Origin: Camelus dromedarius
Taxonomy: Eukaryota
Direction: 5' to 3'
DNA: 64,000 nucleotides
NCBI RefSeq assembly: GCF_036321535.1
Contig: NC_087461.1
Span: forward strand, 868,001-932,000
The position numbers were made by a program, and so were the translations under genes. Shown one piece after another: positions 13,771 through 27,291 of this stretch. Position 1 is the stretch's first letter. Each line of letters opens with the position of its first letter. Under the pieces are notes generated by a model. That model did no database searches. It was not told the origin of the DNA and saw only the letters and a program-made list of their open reading frames with translations.

Positions 13771-14719
13771 CTGGGGAGCTGGGGGAGAGGATGAGGAGGT
13801 GGGGGCGGGAGGCCTGCGGGAGCCAGGTGGTGACTGGTGACGAGCCGTGCAGGCTGACCTTGTCACGGGAGCTCTGCCCCGTCCCGCCCGCACCAGCACC
13901 AGCCGAGCGGAGGCCAGGGCGTTGCCGGCGCTGTCTGCAGGAGGGGCTGCCACCGGGGTCTCTGGAGCTTGGGACTTCCACTTTGTTTCGTTAATATTTT
14001 CATTTATGACATGAAGTTTCAATGAGAAAAAGAGGACGCCTGGAGAGTCTCCAAGCGCGCCGTCAGGCTGACATTCATGGCCCCTTCAAAACTGTGGGTA
14101 AGGTCCCTGCAAACACATGAAAGCAAGACCCACGCAGAACAAGGCCGGTTTCCAGGCATTTAGGAGCTTCACCTTCTTAGTGAAGGGAGAAGAGGCAGAT
14201 ATTTGGCAAAAATCTCAGCCCTGAGAACAGATGCCTGCAGAGGCTAAAGAAAGTGACCAACAGGAGGAGGGCCAGCTCACTGCTAAGTGGATGTGCAGCT
14301 CGGCCAGGTCTTTGCATGGCCCAGCTGATGGAACTGGTCCTGACCCGACAGCAGTGCTCAATACGGCCCCTGGGGGAATGGATGGGCTCAGGGAGGGAGA
14401 TGCACACAGGCCGACAGAACCTAGGAGCGCGGTCCTCCACCCACCAGCAGAGCCGGCAGAGAGGCAAGCCTCCAGCCACAGGGAGCACAGCCCTGGGGTC
14501 GGAGGCCTCCCTGGGGTTGAGTGGACTCCTCCGACTCCAGCAGCCGTCCCTTCTGTTCCTAAGTCTCCTGTTTTAATATCTGGGGGGAATGGTGAAGCGC
14601 CCTTTGAGGTGCGACAAGCTCAGTGCAGACTCGGGGTGAGGGTCTGCCCGGGGCCCTGGGCGGTGACGGGCACCCAGCCCCCAGGTCATCCTGCCCCATC
14701 CCGATTCTAGGAACACACT

Positions 14720-14752
14720 GGGGCGGGGGGGGGTGTGTGGGGGGATCCGGGG
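14720..14752 (+). other. Potential G-quadruplex
   Basis: GGGG-C-G9-TGTGT-G6-ATCC-GGGG: at least four G-runs with short loops. Confidence 0.55.
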
Positions 14753-17700
14753 AGGAGAAGGTCCAGAAGCTGCAGGCCACGCCCCCCGCCAGCACTCCCG
14801 AGGCCTCCACTGTCGCCTCCACTGTTACTTATTGCTGCTCCATGTTCCTTCTGAGGCATAATTAAAAAAGATAAATAACTGGAGAGACCCTCACCAAGAT
14901 AAATGGACAGTTTGAGGCCTTTCCATTTCAATGCCTTTTTCAGGAACATTAGCGAGAAAGCACGTGCTTTAAAGGCTAGAAGCTTCACGGGAAAGGACAG
15001 CGCGGCTGCAGGAGCTGACACCTGCCGTCCTGCGGCTCTGGCTCCTCCTGCCACTGGCCCCACGTGAAAACAAAACACGTGTTTCATTTTATTTTATTTA
15101 GGGTCTGTCCAGAACTGGAAGTTCTAATTTATGAACCCAAAATACCATTAAGCTGATGGAGGGAATCTGAAATGAGTACATGTCTTCTCTGAGAGGAATA
15201 AATTAGGGAAATCCAGCAAGACTGGAGTTTAAAGACATACAGGCGTGTTAGCAGAAAGCTCAGGAAACTGAAAAAAACCATTTTCTACAGGTTTAGAAAG
15301 CTGCTGCTTCCTTTGTGAGGAGGGTAACGCTCTCTGGCCTCCGAGCTTCTGAAGATGACGAGAGGAGGTTTATTCTGCTTCTGTGCTGCACTCAGGCCTT
15401 TGCTTCCTAAAATAATCCCTCTGCCTCAGTAACAGCCTCTTCAAAGCAGGATTCATCTCAGGCCCCCTCGCACAAAGCCAGGCACAAAGCGACTTTCCTC
15501 AGCCAGAAGCCCCGACGTGGGGCGGGCCGCAGAGCAGGCTCCACTTTCCGCCTGTTCCTCCGCCGCCCCAGGACTCCGCATAAACCGAGTCAATCCCCAC
15601 TGCCCTGGACACACATCAGGCCCCGGTGAACAGCTTACTTCCAAAGTATATTTTTTTCCTAGGAAATATTTGTTCCACTTTTCCCACTCATGCCACTCGC
15701 CTGGTTTTACAAAATAAACCCATTATGCTTAAAATCACCTCTGCACTCCCCAGAGAGGTATCAACCTAGAAACGACCTGAGTGCCTGAGAACGGCTCCAC
15801 ACTGGTCTCCAGTCTGGAGTTTCGGCTTTTCTAGTTTACGTGTTCACGCAGGAGGTAAGTCTACAGTCACAGGAATTAGCAAAACAGCACTAGCGAGGCC
15901 GGCGCCTCAGGGCTACGGAGACGTCCAGTGCTGAGTGCCTCCCAGAGCCGTCTGCGTGGAGAGCATCTTCCCTGCGCTGGGCCCTGCGCTGGGTGCTGTG
16001 TGCCCAGGAGCCACTGCTGTGCGCCCGTCTGCAGGGGGACCCAGGCCCAGGAGGCTGTCACACAGGTCCTGACCATGCCTCCCAGGCTGGGTCAGCTCTC
16101 ACAGTCTGCATTTCCACAGAATTTTACTAGGACATTATTTATTTGGTGCTTAGAGCAACCCCAAGGAGGCAGACACTTGGATGAAGCTCAGAGTCTGAAC
16201 AAGGAACCCAGATACGTGGCTACCGAATCACAGGCCCAAACCACATCGACCTGAACCTCCCACCCACGTTTGGTTGGATCAAGCTAAGTGGCCTGCATGA
16301 GATGCGTTTCAGAGAAGAAGGAATCCCTATATGGCCTTGAAATGTCCCCAGTATGTGTCCGGTTTGAGATCGTATCACAAATTGGTGCCACTTACAGATT
16401 TTCTGAGTCCAACACGACTCAACCTGTCTCGCCAGCACTGAGTCACACAATCTTCTGCACGAAATGGCCTTTCCCTGTCCCTCCCCACATCTGAATCCTT
16501 CCTGACACTCTAATCTGCAATGATTTCTCCCTTCTCGTCTCCACTGCTTGTCTGGTGGCAAGCATGCCCACTCGTACCGTTTCCGCGCATTTTAGGGCTC
16601 AAAGTGCTCCTTTACCTCCCATGCACGGGTCTCGAGTGTTCAGGCCCACAGGAGGAATTCTAATTTGTTGATTACTTTGCAAGAATAGTCCTATAACCAG
16701 GTCAGCCTGCCAGAGTGGAGGGCTCGTTCTGGTTTGAGGAGCCGGGGTCCCTGGGGCCAGCCAGGTGTGACCGAGCTGCTGGGCCCCGGATGTGGTGGCG
16801 GGACACCCAGTTCTGGTTTCCCTCCCACTTCTAGCTCCTGGAGCCACTGGCTTGCTGGGTTTCAGTTGTATCGCTGAAAAAGCATATACTGACACAGGGC
16901 ACTGTCAAGTTCTGCGGAAGCTCTTGCCTCTGTGATCTGCACAGAATTACTCCCCAGATCACCCGCGATGAGACAGCGCCTGGAATCGGGCAGATGCAGA
17001 CGCCCTGAGGGGTGGTAACCGCAGATGGAGGAGGAGTTTCTCATCCACCCTCAGGGGGGAAGGGCGGATTTGCAGCTTGCTGGGCTCAGCCTACACCTGG
17101 AAACATTGTTCCTTTTCATGATAAAGCACAGTTACAGACTCTCCCTGAGGGTCTTCACAGCATCAAACGCTGGTGGACGATTAAAGCCGCATGCGCATGC
17201 TGGAGCTGAGCACAGACACTGTGACGGTCTCTGGGACTCTCGGGGTCACCACTGCGGTTACATTGTTTTTTGAGGCACGGGGCTAAATGACAGCTCGACA
17301 CCAAGGGCTTGTAGGCGGGGCGACATGCCTCTATGAGGTCACTGCCCCCGTCCTGTCCTTGTGGGCGGCATCACCTCCCCGCGCAAAGGAGTCAGATGCT
17401 GGTCCACCTGCATCAAACCCGTGCTTCCCGCCCCTCAGATGTCCAGTTCTTTACTGTCTTAAAGTAAATTGGCACCTTTTCCCCCTGCCCGTCCACAAAG
17501 ACCCTTCATAGGGGAGCTGCCCTCTGCGGTGTGACCTGCCTGGTGTTGGTTCTGTGGGAACAGAGCCCAATGCGACTGAAAAGAGCATGTGTGTCACGGA
17601 TCAGTGACCACAGGTGGGGTCCTTTGAAGGCGGCCTCTAGCAAAGGCTTAAGCCCCGAGCGCCGCGCAGGGCGGGAGGCACGTTTCCCGGGTTAGGAGCG

Positions 17701-18149
17701 CCGGCAGGACAGCTGCAGCCTGACCTCCCAGCTGAGGTCACCGCAAGGACACCGGGGGGCTGTGTCCTCCTCCGTCCCGGCAAGGTGAAGCCCACACGCT
17801 TCAGGAGTCCAGCTAGTCCCACGTAGAACAGGCCGCTGGGCCGCCCGCCTCTGAGGCGCGCTGTGCGGTCACAGCCGCAGGATGACAAATCACCTGTCCG
17901 CGGGGCTGGCGCTGTGGCAAGGCCCCAGCACAAAGGCAACTCCATCTTTTGGAGATCTAAGTCAGACGTGCCCAGCACAGGAGCCCCCGTCCTCAGGGTC
18001 CTCAGGGGCCTCCAGGCCCCACTCTCTCCACCTGCCTGGGATGTGTCCTCCGTGCAGTTCACCCCCTCCGCCCCAGTCCCACAAACCCCGCCTCCCCAGG
18101 GCCTATCGGGGCTACCCCAGCCCGAGACCTTGGGTCTCCAGCCGGCCCA

Positions 18150-18970
18150 CCGCGGACACCGGGGGAGGCTGCTGGCAGTCCTCGAGAGACGGCCGCCCGG
18201 ACTCAGTGGCCCGCCCCCGTGAGATGCCTTGCCCAGCGGGGCAGGGGTGCGGGGCCTGTGTCCTCGGAGCGCAGACACGGGGCTGGGCCATCTCCAGGGG
18301 CGAGTGTCCGCCCAGCGTGCCCTGAGGGCACCGCGAGAACAACGGGGTTGGCCTCCAGGCGGACACAGGGCACAGCCTGCAGAAAGGGGAGCCCGCTAGG
18401 CACGCGCCTGCGGGGCCCTGGGCGCCTTCACTCACCGTGGGCGGGCGGTCTCCGCAGGGCTCTGGGGCCGGAGAACGGCGGCCGGCACCTCTGCAGCGGA
18501 CGCGTCGCCGTGACTAACCCGCCGCTGACCGGCCGTCTGCCCCCGGACCCACCGCCACACGGCCTGCGCGTGTCGCCACCCCGGCGGAGGCGCCCCGAAA
18601 CCGCCCCCGGCCTCCAAGAGGCCACCGTCTAGGTCAGAGACAGCTTCTGACCGACTCTAGCGAGGACGTGGGAAACGGCAGGAGCCGACGGGCGTTGCAG
18701 GGAGTGGGGCGGGGGGAAGGGCCGCCTCTGCAGGGGACGCTCCTGCAGCCGCCGCCACCGGACTCACGGCCGCGCGGCCCCTGGGCGCCCGGGGTCCGAG
18801 CCTTCCAGGGCCGTCTGCCCGGAGGAGCCGGGGCGCCAGGCACCCCTCGAGCGGTCTGCTTTCCGCGCGTCCCTCCCACGCGGCTTAGGCTGCAGCAGCG
18901 CGTTCCCACACAGTTGCTTCGCGGGAAGCTGTGAGCATCCGTCTGAGGCGCAAATCGCACACGCACACGT
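18150..18970. promoter_or_regulatory. CpG island, probable promoter or alternative first-exon region
   Basis: Densest CpG and GC stretch in the window. Contains a GC box GGGGCGGGG (18706-18714), a canonical G4 (18700-18721), and minus-strand donors ACG|GTGAGT (intron begins 18435) and GCC|GTGAGT (intron begins 18767). Confidence 0.65.
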
Positions 18971-20928
18971 GGACACACACACACGTCTCACTCGTCTGCC
19001 TCTCCTCCGTAAAACAGCGCACGGATTTAACCCTCCAGATACCTGAAGTGAGCCCACGTGAGAGGACAGTCTGTATAAACATCAAGCATTTGTACTAACA
19101 CGTTTCTGGCACGTTTTACTCACGTCTCTTCACGTAATGACTTAAAACTTTTTAAGGCACATCACTTTTTTAAGGTCATCCATGTGGCTGTCAGTTAATA
19201 CCCTGGAAAGTAATTTTAAGATACTTCCCTTTGGGTTAATAGGGCGTTCAGAACAACCTGTGCTTATCTGAGAGTCCCAGACGTCCTCAGACCTGGGGTT
19301 CTGCACACACCACCCTCAGCTCAACCCCTGCCACCTGTGGACCCGGAGACAGAGAGGGAGGGAGGGAGACAAACAGACCACAAAACCCTGTTTCTCCATA
19401 TAAGATGCCTGGCTCTGTATTATATATTCCTTATTCCAGGAAAGGCCTTAACACTTGACATCGGAACAGGACTGAACTGCGTGTGGGGTGAGGATACAAT
19501 TTCCCTGGAACTAAATTTCTTTAGGCAACTGTGCTGTATGGTGCCAAATTAATTGTAAAAATTATAACTAATAATTTACAAGTTATGCACTTGTCACATG
19601 GGCATCTTCAAGTTACCCTCAGGGTGGAGCTCTCCGTGGCGCAGGGACCCTGTCCTTGCTCCCACGGCAGGAAGCGGAGGCGTCAGGTCAGGCAGAGAAA
19701 ACTAAAGCCAGCCTACTAAAAGCAAGGTGACGGGGAGAAAGAATTCAGGAACCTTCTCCCCCTAAAGCAGTGCTTTCTGTTCGGTTTATGTTCGGGGCAC
19801 AGGTGCTGGAGAAGCCCGATCTCTGTCTAACGGGGGCTCACGCCCTGCGTGTGATCACAGGACACCCCCAGCCCGTGCGCTGTGGAGACTGTGACGAGAG
19901 AGGGGTGCCACAGGGGCCTTCAGATTCCGCTTCTCCCAGTGGCGTCTCTTCAGATCCAGACTTTGAAAAAACATGAAAGCAATGAAACGCTATTAATCAG
20001 AGCTCGACGGTGTGTCTCTGCTTGGATAAGCTGTGTCTGGTGGCACTGCCGTTTTTAATTAATGACTCACTGGCTGCAAACAGGCAACGAGACTCAGCCC
20101 TGGGAAAGGGAGGCAAGAGGAGCCACGGAATGTGAAACTCCATTTCCTTTGTGCTGAAAGTCTGCTTCCTCCTTCAAGAATCACAGTAGAAGGCATACGC
20201 TCTGTCTTACTGAGACTTCTCATTAACTCTGCCTCACCTCTGGCCTCTCCTCTCACCTCCAAGGCTGCAACTTCCGGGACACGTTTCCTTTCTCAGTCTG
20301 TGGAGGTCGGACAGCAGGTGATGTGTCCTGGGCTGAAAGCTGTTCCCAGTAACAGCCCTTGGCAGGCTCCCAAGGGTGTGAGTGCACTGTTTACGCAGAC
20401 TGGACAGAAACACTTCAGGACCCCAGGGTCGCAGCGCTGCCCTGAGCGCTGCCTTTGACTGGGCAATGCTGAAGGAAGGACGGCGGGGCTGGGAGCTGCC
20501 TGGGGCCCAGAGCTGCACCCCACCCCTGGACTCCATCTCTGTCTCTCCGTGTGTCTCTCTGGCTCTGACAGCTGAATGCAGCACTTGTAAGGATGAGGGT
20601 CTCGGGGCCCTGGGTTCCCAGGCAGTCCTGCGTCCAGACGCAGCCGCAGACCGAGCGTGCGAGACCGTGAGTGAGGCCCCACCTCAGGCGGCCGATGCGC
20701 AGCCTGTGTGGGGCCCGCTGGCCTTCAGCTCCCCACTGAGCCTCTCCTGTTCCAGGGCCAGGGCACACCTATTGTTCTGCTGTGAAATCACACCCAGCTC
20801 CCACTTTTCTGTCTGAAGTGCCACGATGCCAGCCAAGTGGGGAGAAAAGGTTCTTCTGAGATTGATTTTTTTCCAGACACCATGGTTCTGTTCAATCGAA
20901 TTCACTCAAGTTGTGGTTAACAGAAGCA

Positions 20929-21101
20929 NNNNNNNNNNNNNNNNNNNNNNNNNNNNNNNNNNNNNNNNNNNNNNNNNNNNNNNNNNNNNNNNNNNNNNNN
21001 NNNNNNNNNNNNNNNNNNNNNNNNNNNNNNNNNNNNNNNNNNNNNNNNNNNNNNNNNNNNNNNNNNNNNNNNNNNNNNNNNNNNNNNNNNNNNNNNNNNN
21101 N
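20929..21101. other. Assembly gap (173 N)
   Basis: Run of N read directly. Confidence 1.
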
Positions 21102-21859
21102 TTAATTTATCAGCGCGCATGCCGCACTGAGACACGGATCTCCTCTGCACTGTAAGTCTGTGGTGTGATACAAAGACCAGTTCATTCAACACCTGCTTAA
21201 TAAATGATAATGGCCGTTTTTGCTGGCGGCCCCGGGCGTCTGCTTATCACACCCCCATCCTGTCGGAAGCCCGAGTGCGAGTGCCAGCACACAGGACTGG
21301 CGGCGGGGTGGCGGGGCCGGGAGGGGTGCGTTTGACAAAGCAGCGGCCGGTTTATCAGAGAGCACAGGCCCCTGCAGCTCGACTGGAGGGAAACGTCCAA
21401 CATCTGCTGTGACGCAACATGAACAACAAAAGCAAAACCTCAACACACACGGGGGGAGCTCTCTCTTTTCCTGGAAGAATTCTGGAACCCCGAATTCCCA
21501 TTCATCCAGAGCGTCACTACAGGGTCTGTCCTGGGACCAAGGAGGTCAGAGGACAGTGACATCCACTCTAAGATCTGTGCATGTCCAGTCCCACTCTGTC
21601 CTCTGTAAACGCACCCACTTGCCCACGTCTGCAACCGTGCGTGGCTGGGTCTCACGTGGGGTCACACTCTCACCCTCAGGTCCCCACTCTCTCCAGGCGC
21701 CAGGGGACCTCCTGCTCCCTCTGCCCTCGTCCCCCTGCCCCATCGCGATGCTCCCACACATACCTGCTTCCTGGCCTTCCCATAACTCACAGCATCCACC
21801 AGGCTTCCCAGAGGAAAGTCACAGGTCAGCCATCATGAGGTGTCTAGCACTGGGGCGTC

Positions 21860-21975
21860 TCCTCCTGATTCAGCACACTTTTTTGGTAATTTATTCTGTG
21901 CCAGGAGTTATATTAAGACTGATGAAACCCGGAAGATGATAAAAGTGCTGTCTCCTGGGGGCTCACAGCCCAGTG
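21860..21975 (-). mobile_element. L2 3' end fragment
   Basis: attcagcacactttttggtaatttattctgtgccagg...ctgtctcctgggggctcacagcccagtggg resembles the antisense L2 tail (attcaacaaatatttattgagcacctactatgtgccagg...gtccctgccctcatggagcttacagtctagtggg). Confidence 0.5.
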
Positions 21976-22869
21976 GGACGACTCTCGGGACTGCATGTGA
22001 CAGGCGTGGCCGCAAAGACCTCAGGAAAGTTCTTCCTGGGCTCAGTGCCCGGCTCACGGATCAGGTGGACCCCAACAGGGGCCCCAGAAACAGGGTGGGT
22101 GTCTCAGGATGGCTTGTCCCCACAGTTTCTGGGTCCCTCATCTGGATCCAGTTTCCCGGAGGAGTATGCGGGGAAGGGCAGGCAGCAGGTGGGGACACAG
22201 TGGCCTGCCTCCCGGCCGGGCTCCCTTACTTTCTGATCGCAGCACCTTTGTTTGAACTTGGGATCCAGTTCAGCCTCATCTCAGCAGCCCCGCCCAGGTC
22301 CATGCTTGGTCAGGGCGGCACCTCCCCTCCAGCCCCCAGCACGGAGCTGGAGGGGTGGACGTCCACCACTCACAGAGGGCCTGGTCCCGGGGCTGTCCCT
22401 TCCTTCCGGGCCCTGAAGTCCCCTTGCCTCCCCTCCCTGTCGGAGGAAAGTTCTGTCTCAGCTCCCGTCTCCCCATCTGAAGAGGCACCTCTGGCTCGGG
22501 GCTACCCTGCAGACACAGGAGAGTAGGGATCGGAGGAGAACCCCACCCTGCGGGCCGCCAGAGACAGAGGACCATGTGTAGTGATGGTGCCTGGACAACA
22601 CCTGCCTTCTCTGTGTGCCCGGAACCTGCGCTTACAACACCCAGCAGGTGACGTCAGGATCCTTCCGTTCACAGTCTCCCACTTGCCCTGAGTCTCTCAA
22701 GAAGAGGGACGGAGGGAAGACGTGGGCTCAGGGGTGCTGGGGGAGCGGAGGGTCGGGGGCAGGGAACAAGCCTGTCCTGGGTGAGGACAGACGCTCTGCT
22801 GAAGCTCACATCAGCCCATGGCGGTAAGTGGGCAGGGCGGCCCCCAATGGCGTCCACACCCGAGTCCTG

Positions 22870-23225
22870 GTGGTAGAATGTGGCACCTTAGGTCACTAGA
22901 GCTTTGCAGATGTAACAAATCACAGACCTCGAGAGGGAGGTGTCTGGATCACCCAGGCCCGATTTATCACCTGTAGCATCAAAGCAGAGAACCTCCTTCC
23001 ACTGAGGCAGGGGGACGCCCGGCTGCAGGGGTCAAACCCCAGCCCCTGGAACACAGACTGCCCCCAACTCCCTCACCGCCATCCAGCCAGGGAGGGCCGG
23101 GGCTCGGCGCCCCAGCCTCAAGGAGCTGAAACCAGCCATCGACCCCAGGAGCTGGGAAGGGGATGGAACCTGAGCCCCGGAGACAGTCTGGCTGAGCCTG
23201 GACTTCTGCCTGTGGGGTGGGAGGG
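22870..23225 (+). mobile_element. MLT1-type (ERVL-MaLR) solo LTR remnant
   Basis: ctttgcagatgtaac...gacctcgagagggaggtgtctggatcacccagg and caaggagctgaaaccagccatcgaccccaggagctgggaagggg...gagcccc resemble MLT1D/E/F LTR motifs. Confidence 0.6.
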
Positions 23226-23864
23226 GACGACTGGCTTGTTTAAAGCTGCCAAGTGGTGGCACTTGCACCACAGCCCAGGGGGCGAAACAAGTCAATTTCT
23301 TGCTCAAGGGGCTGTCAGATCTGGGTGGCAGCCCCTCAAGGTGACTGGAGCTGGGCGGTCCACAGGCCCTTGAAATCCACTGCTTCCAACTGGTCAAAGA
23401 AGAAAGAACACTCTGAAAAGCCCCGGCCTGGAGGGGCTCACATCCCTCTGGTCCTTTCCACCCACGGTCAGCCTCGTGACCACATGGGGCTTCCCAGGGC
23501 TGGGACCTCAGTCCAGGCTGCACGGCCTGCTCCCAGCAGAAACCGCACTCGGGAGAAGAGTCTTCCCTCCTCGGATGGCTGTCCCTGCTGCCCGCCCGGC
23601 GCCCTGGCTGTGGACGCCGAGGGCAGTCGGTGCGGGTGCAGACGGAGCAGCAGCAGGCCCCGGGCGGCGGGTGACCCGGAACTGCTGGCGCCGTCGGACG
23701 GAGGGGCTGTGATGCACGAGGAACAGCCACATCTCTGTGTTGGGAAGTACTGCGGCAAGGCTGAGCTCACGTCCACGGGGTGTGCACGTGACTTGTATGT
23801 TCAGTTTCACATCTGAGCGATTCAGTTAATAAATTATTATAGTGTGTAAGGATGCGCTTTTAAA

Positions 23865-24594
23865 CCTATAGACCATTTTTAGAGCAGGTAGCTCAGGTTT
23901 ACAGGGAAACTGAGCAGAAAGCACAGACAGCTCCCTGTGTCCCTCCCTTCCCATAGGTTCCCCTTCTATTTACAGCTTGTCAGTGGAGGAGGCAATACTG
24001 ACACATTATTGTCAACCAGATTTACACCTGGGCTCACTGTCTGTGTTGCCCAGGTCTCCTGGGTCGTGACGAATGCACATCTGCTACGAAGGTGCCACGC
24101 AGAGCGTCCCTGCCCTGACGGTCCTCCCTCCCACCCAGCCCCGGCAACCACGGAGCTTCTTCTGTCTCCATAGTTTTGCCTTTTCCAGGACGTCACGTAA
24201 CGAGTCACGCAGGTGCAGCCCCTTCAGACGGGCTTCTTTCTCTAAGCGATGGGCATTTAAGATTCGTCTGTGTCCTTCATGGCTTCATAGTCCCTTTCCT
24301 TGTCGCTGAGTATTCCACTGTCTGGATGGACCACAGTTAATTTATCCATCACCCCCTGAAGGACAGCTTGGTTGCCTCCAAGTTTTGGCCTCGATGAATA
24401 GGGCTGATATAAACATCTGCGAGCGGGCTTTCTGTGGACGTCAGTTTTCAACTCCTTGGGTAAATATCACGGAGCGTGGCTGCTGGGTGTGACGGCTGGG
24501 GGACCTTTGGTTCCGTAATGACCCACCAGACTGTCTTCCACGGTGGCTGCGCCACGTGCACTCCCACCAGCGGTGATGAGAGTGCTTGTTGCTG
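23865..24594 (-). mobile_element. Old LINE-1 (L1MC-like) 3' end
   Basis: About 730 bp collinear with antisense L1MC: atttttagagcag...aaactgagcagaaag, ctgtctccatagttttgccttttccag, cagttaatttatccatc...ttggttgcctccaagttttgg, ttttcaactccttgggtaaata, actgtcttccacggtggctg...ctcccaccagc. Confidence 0.9.
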
Positions 24595-24774
24595 AGGCCC
24601 CTGTGTGAAGCCCGTCGCAGGCTTCCCTGCGAGAGGGCTCAGCCCAGGGAACTGCACCTGCTCAGGGGCTCCAGGCAGCAGACGTGGTCCCCGCCCGCTC
24701 AGCGCAGGCCCTGCGCTGGGCATCCCCGTGGCCGCCTCAGGGCTTGCTGGGCACCTGCCTGCTCCAGCGGCCCC

Positions 24775-24830
24775 TCACTGACGGGAAACTGAGGACCGGG
24801 GAGGTGGGGACCCTGCAAAGGTCCCAGCCA
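24775..24830 (-). mobile_element. MIR core fragment
   Basis: ctgacgggaaactgaggaccggggaggtgg...caaaggtcccagc resembles the antisense MIR core. Confidence 0.5.
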
Positions 24831-27253
24831 GCAAGCAGCGATCGGAGGCTGAGACGCGCGCGGCCTGCTGCCTGCGGAGCCCAGGGGCTCTGCCCACATC
24901 CACGTCACTCACGTGGGACTCGCCCGGAGCTCAGCATCCAGGGCGGTGCTGGGCACAGCGGGCCCACATGGCCTCAACTGCGTGAAATGAGATGGGAGAA
25001 GAAACAGACGAAGAAGGAGGAAGACAGGTCACGCTTGGGAGGGCGGTCAGGGAGCCCGGGCTCCCGGTGCGCACACCTCGCCGGGCAGCGTGGGCGGAGC
25101 CCAGCGTTCTGCCGTTGTAAGCATGAGAGGAGCCTGGCCTTCTTGTACTAAGAGCTCCTCGTCTTCCGCAGGAAGCGGTGGAATCATAATAAAAAAAGAA
25201 ACAGCCTAGATCAAGTCACTGCTGCTTGAACATCTGTTATCTCGGTCACGTCCCCGGCTCCTTTGCTCACTGCCCAGATCGTTCCTGCACACTGAAAACT
25301 CTGCATGCGGTTTACGTGAGACCTTCACGCTGTCTCCAGCCACTTGAGAGAGCACGGGGGTGGGGTGGTCCCGGGGGCCAGCGGACTGGCGTGAGGCTTG
25401 GACGTGGGGTGCCCTGGGGTGGGGGAACCGGGCGCAGACCCCTGCGTGCTGGAGCTGGAGCAGACGCTGGGCGCCCTCTCTGAGGCGCTGCCATCACACA
25501 AGTCAGCTGAACCTCGCGTGGGACACGGCGGTCCTCACCGGGCAGTGGAGGGGCTGACGCTGCACCTGGCCACCTGGGCCCCCTCTTCCAAGTGACCGCC
25601 AGCGACGAAGGAAAGTGTCAGCAGCAATGAAACCCAGAGAGCGACCCAGCTCCTCGTCCTGGGGAGGCCTGGCAGAGGGACGGATGTGTGGAGTGACTGC
25701 TGGTGTCCCACGAGCTCCAGGGTCACGTGGTACTTCTGGCAAAGATGTGTGCGCTTCCACACCTGCAGAATTTGTGTGGACTCTGAAGAGGCCCATCACG
25801 ATCTACTAACACACAGGATTTTGTTTTGTTTTTTCAGTTATCATCATAGGATTATCTGTATTAGCAGTTGAAGTCAGGAGATGCTGTTGCATTTACAGCA
25901 GGTACGTTTGTGTGAGAAGTTACCCGCAGAGATTGTCCCAAATAGTTGAATCTGAAACCGTAGATTTCATGATCTCCTCTCTTTGGGAAGTCCAGGCCGA
26001 TGACTCAGTGCTGAATTAAACGCCACGTGGTCATCGGGCGGGTGCTGTGTGCACAGGCCTGGGATCTGTCTGGTCCCCTCCCTCTCTCTCTCCCTTGGGC
26101 AACTAGAACTGAGGCGCGTTTTTGTGAGAGTTATAAAACATGTGAACGTTTCATTTAGCTACTTTTTAAGGACCAGACAGACAGTCAAATTTGGTCTGTT
26201 TGAGCAGAGCTCACATATCACACGGGGTAAGTAAAACTGCACGCCAAATTGTAAAGGGGGTTCTCTGTAAACATTTTCACCAACAAAAGCATTTTCATTT
26301 TGCAGATAATACCGGCGATGGTCCCAGGGAAATAAATCATGCATTTATAAACAGCAAGTGCTTAGAAGAAGCAAACTAAGCAATTTCCTGGTCTCCACTG
26401 GAACCAAGGGGTCCTTGTTTGCACAGCTGAATATTCAAAGGGCTGTTTACCATAATTGGAAGACACTTGACAGTTTAAGCAGCCCACATTTAGCGGGCTT
26501 CAAAATAGGTCCTAAATTATTTGTTGCAAGCCCTTTAGATTAATGAGGGAGAACGCTGCTCAACTGCCCCCCAAAGCCACCAGTTAGAGGCGATTCTGGG
26601 TTATCCTGAGGGATTCCTGAGGTGGTGACAGAATTCTGAGTGCCCTCTGTGTCCTTCTCGAACTCCACAAGAGCCACCTTTCCAGTCTAATAACCTTTCA
26701 TGAAAGCAATCTAAAACTGTCAACAGGAAACCGGAAGCCCCACGATGGACCAGGGCATGCCTGGAGGCCGTGGGGCGTGTCGGACTGAAAGTCGAGACCT
26801 CCCCTCGTCCCCTCTTTGCTCTGACCCCTCGGGGCCCCTTCTGGACCGGCACCCTTCCTGCCAAGCCCAGTTTCACCAAGAGTCGCGCTGAGTCAGTTTA
26901 CAGAGGACCCCCACCCCTGGTGATAGCCGGTCAGGCCCCTCTTCCCAGACCCTTGACGCCGGACCAAGTCCCTGCTGTGACTTCCCTCTGCTCCCCGACC
27001 CTCGGTCCGGCCCCACTAGGGTGGGTACAGTCTCTCTCCCTGTTGCAGTGGACCTGAATAGAGCCCCCTCCTGTTTAACTGGCCGGTGAGATTTCCTTTC
27101 ACACTCTGGACGCCATCAGAATTCAGCTGCATGATGCTTAGTTTATCCTGAACGAGGCGCTAAAAACATCTGAATTGTCAAAATAAACGTCTCAGACTTT
27201 AGGCTGTTAGTTCAGTGGGAAGCCCCTCAGATACACATCTGGAGACCGCAAAA

Positions 27254-27258
<5 letters not shown>

Positions 27259-27288
<30 letters not shown>
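27259..27288 (+). repeat. (TG)15 microsatellite
   Basis: Perfect dinucleotide run read directly. Confidence 0.98.

Positions 27289-27291
<3 letters not shown>

Noticed and set aside
20826-21192. ORFs spanning the poly-X stretch
   Set aside because: Artefacts of translating the N gap.
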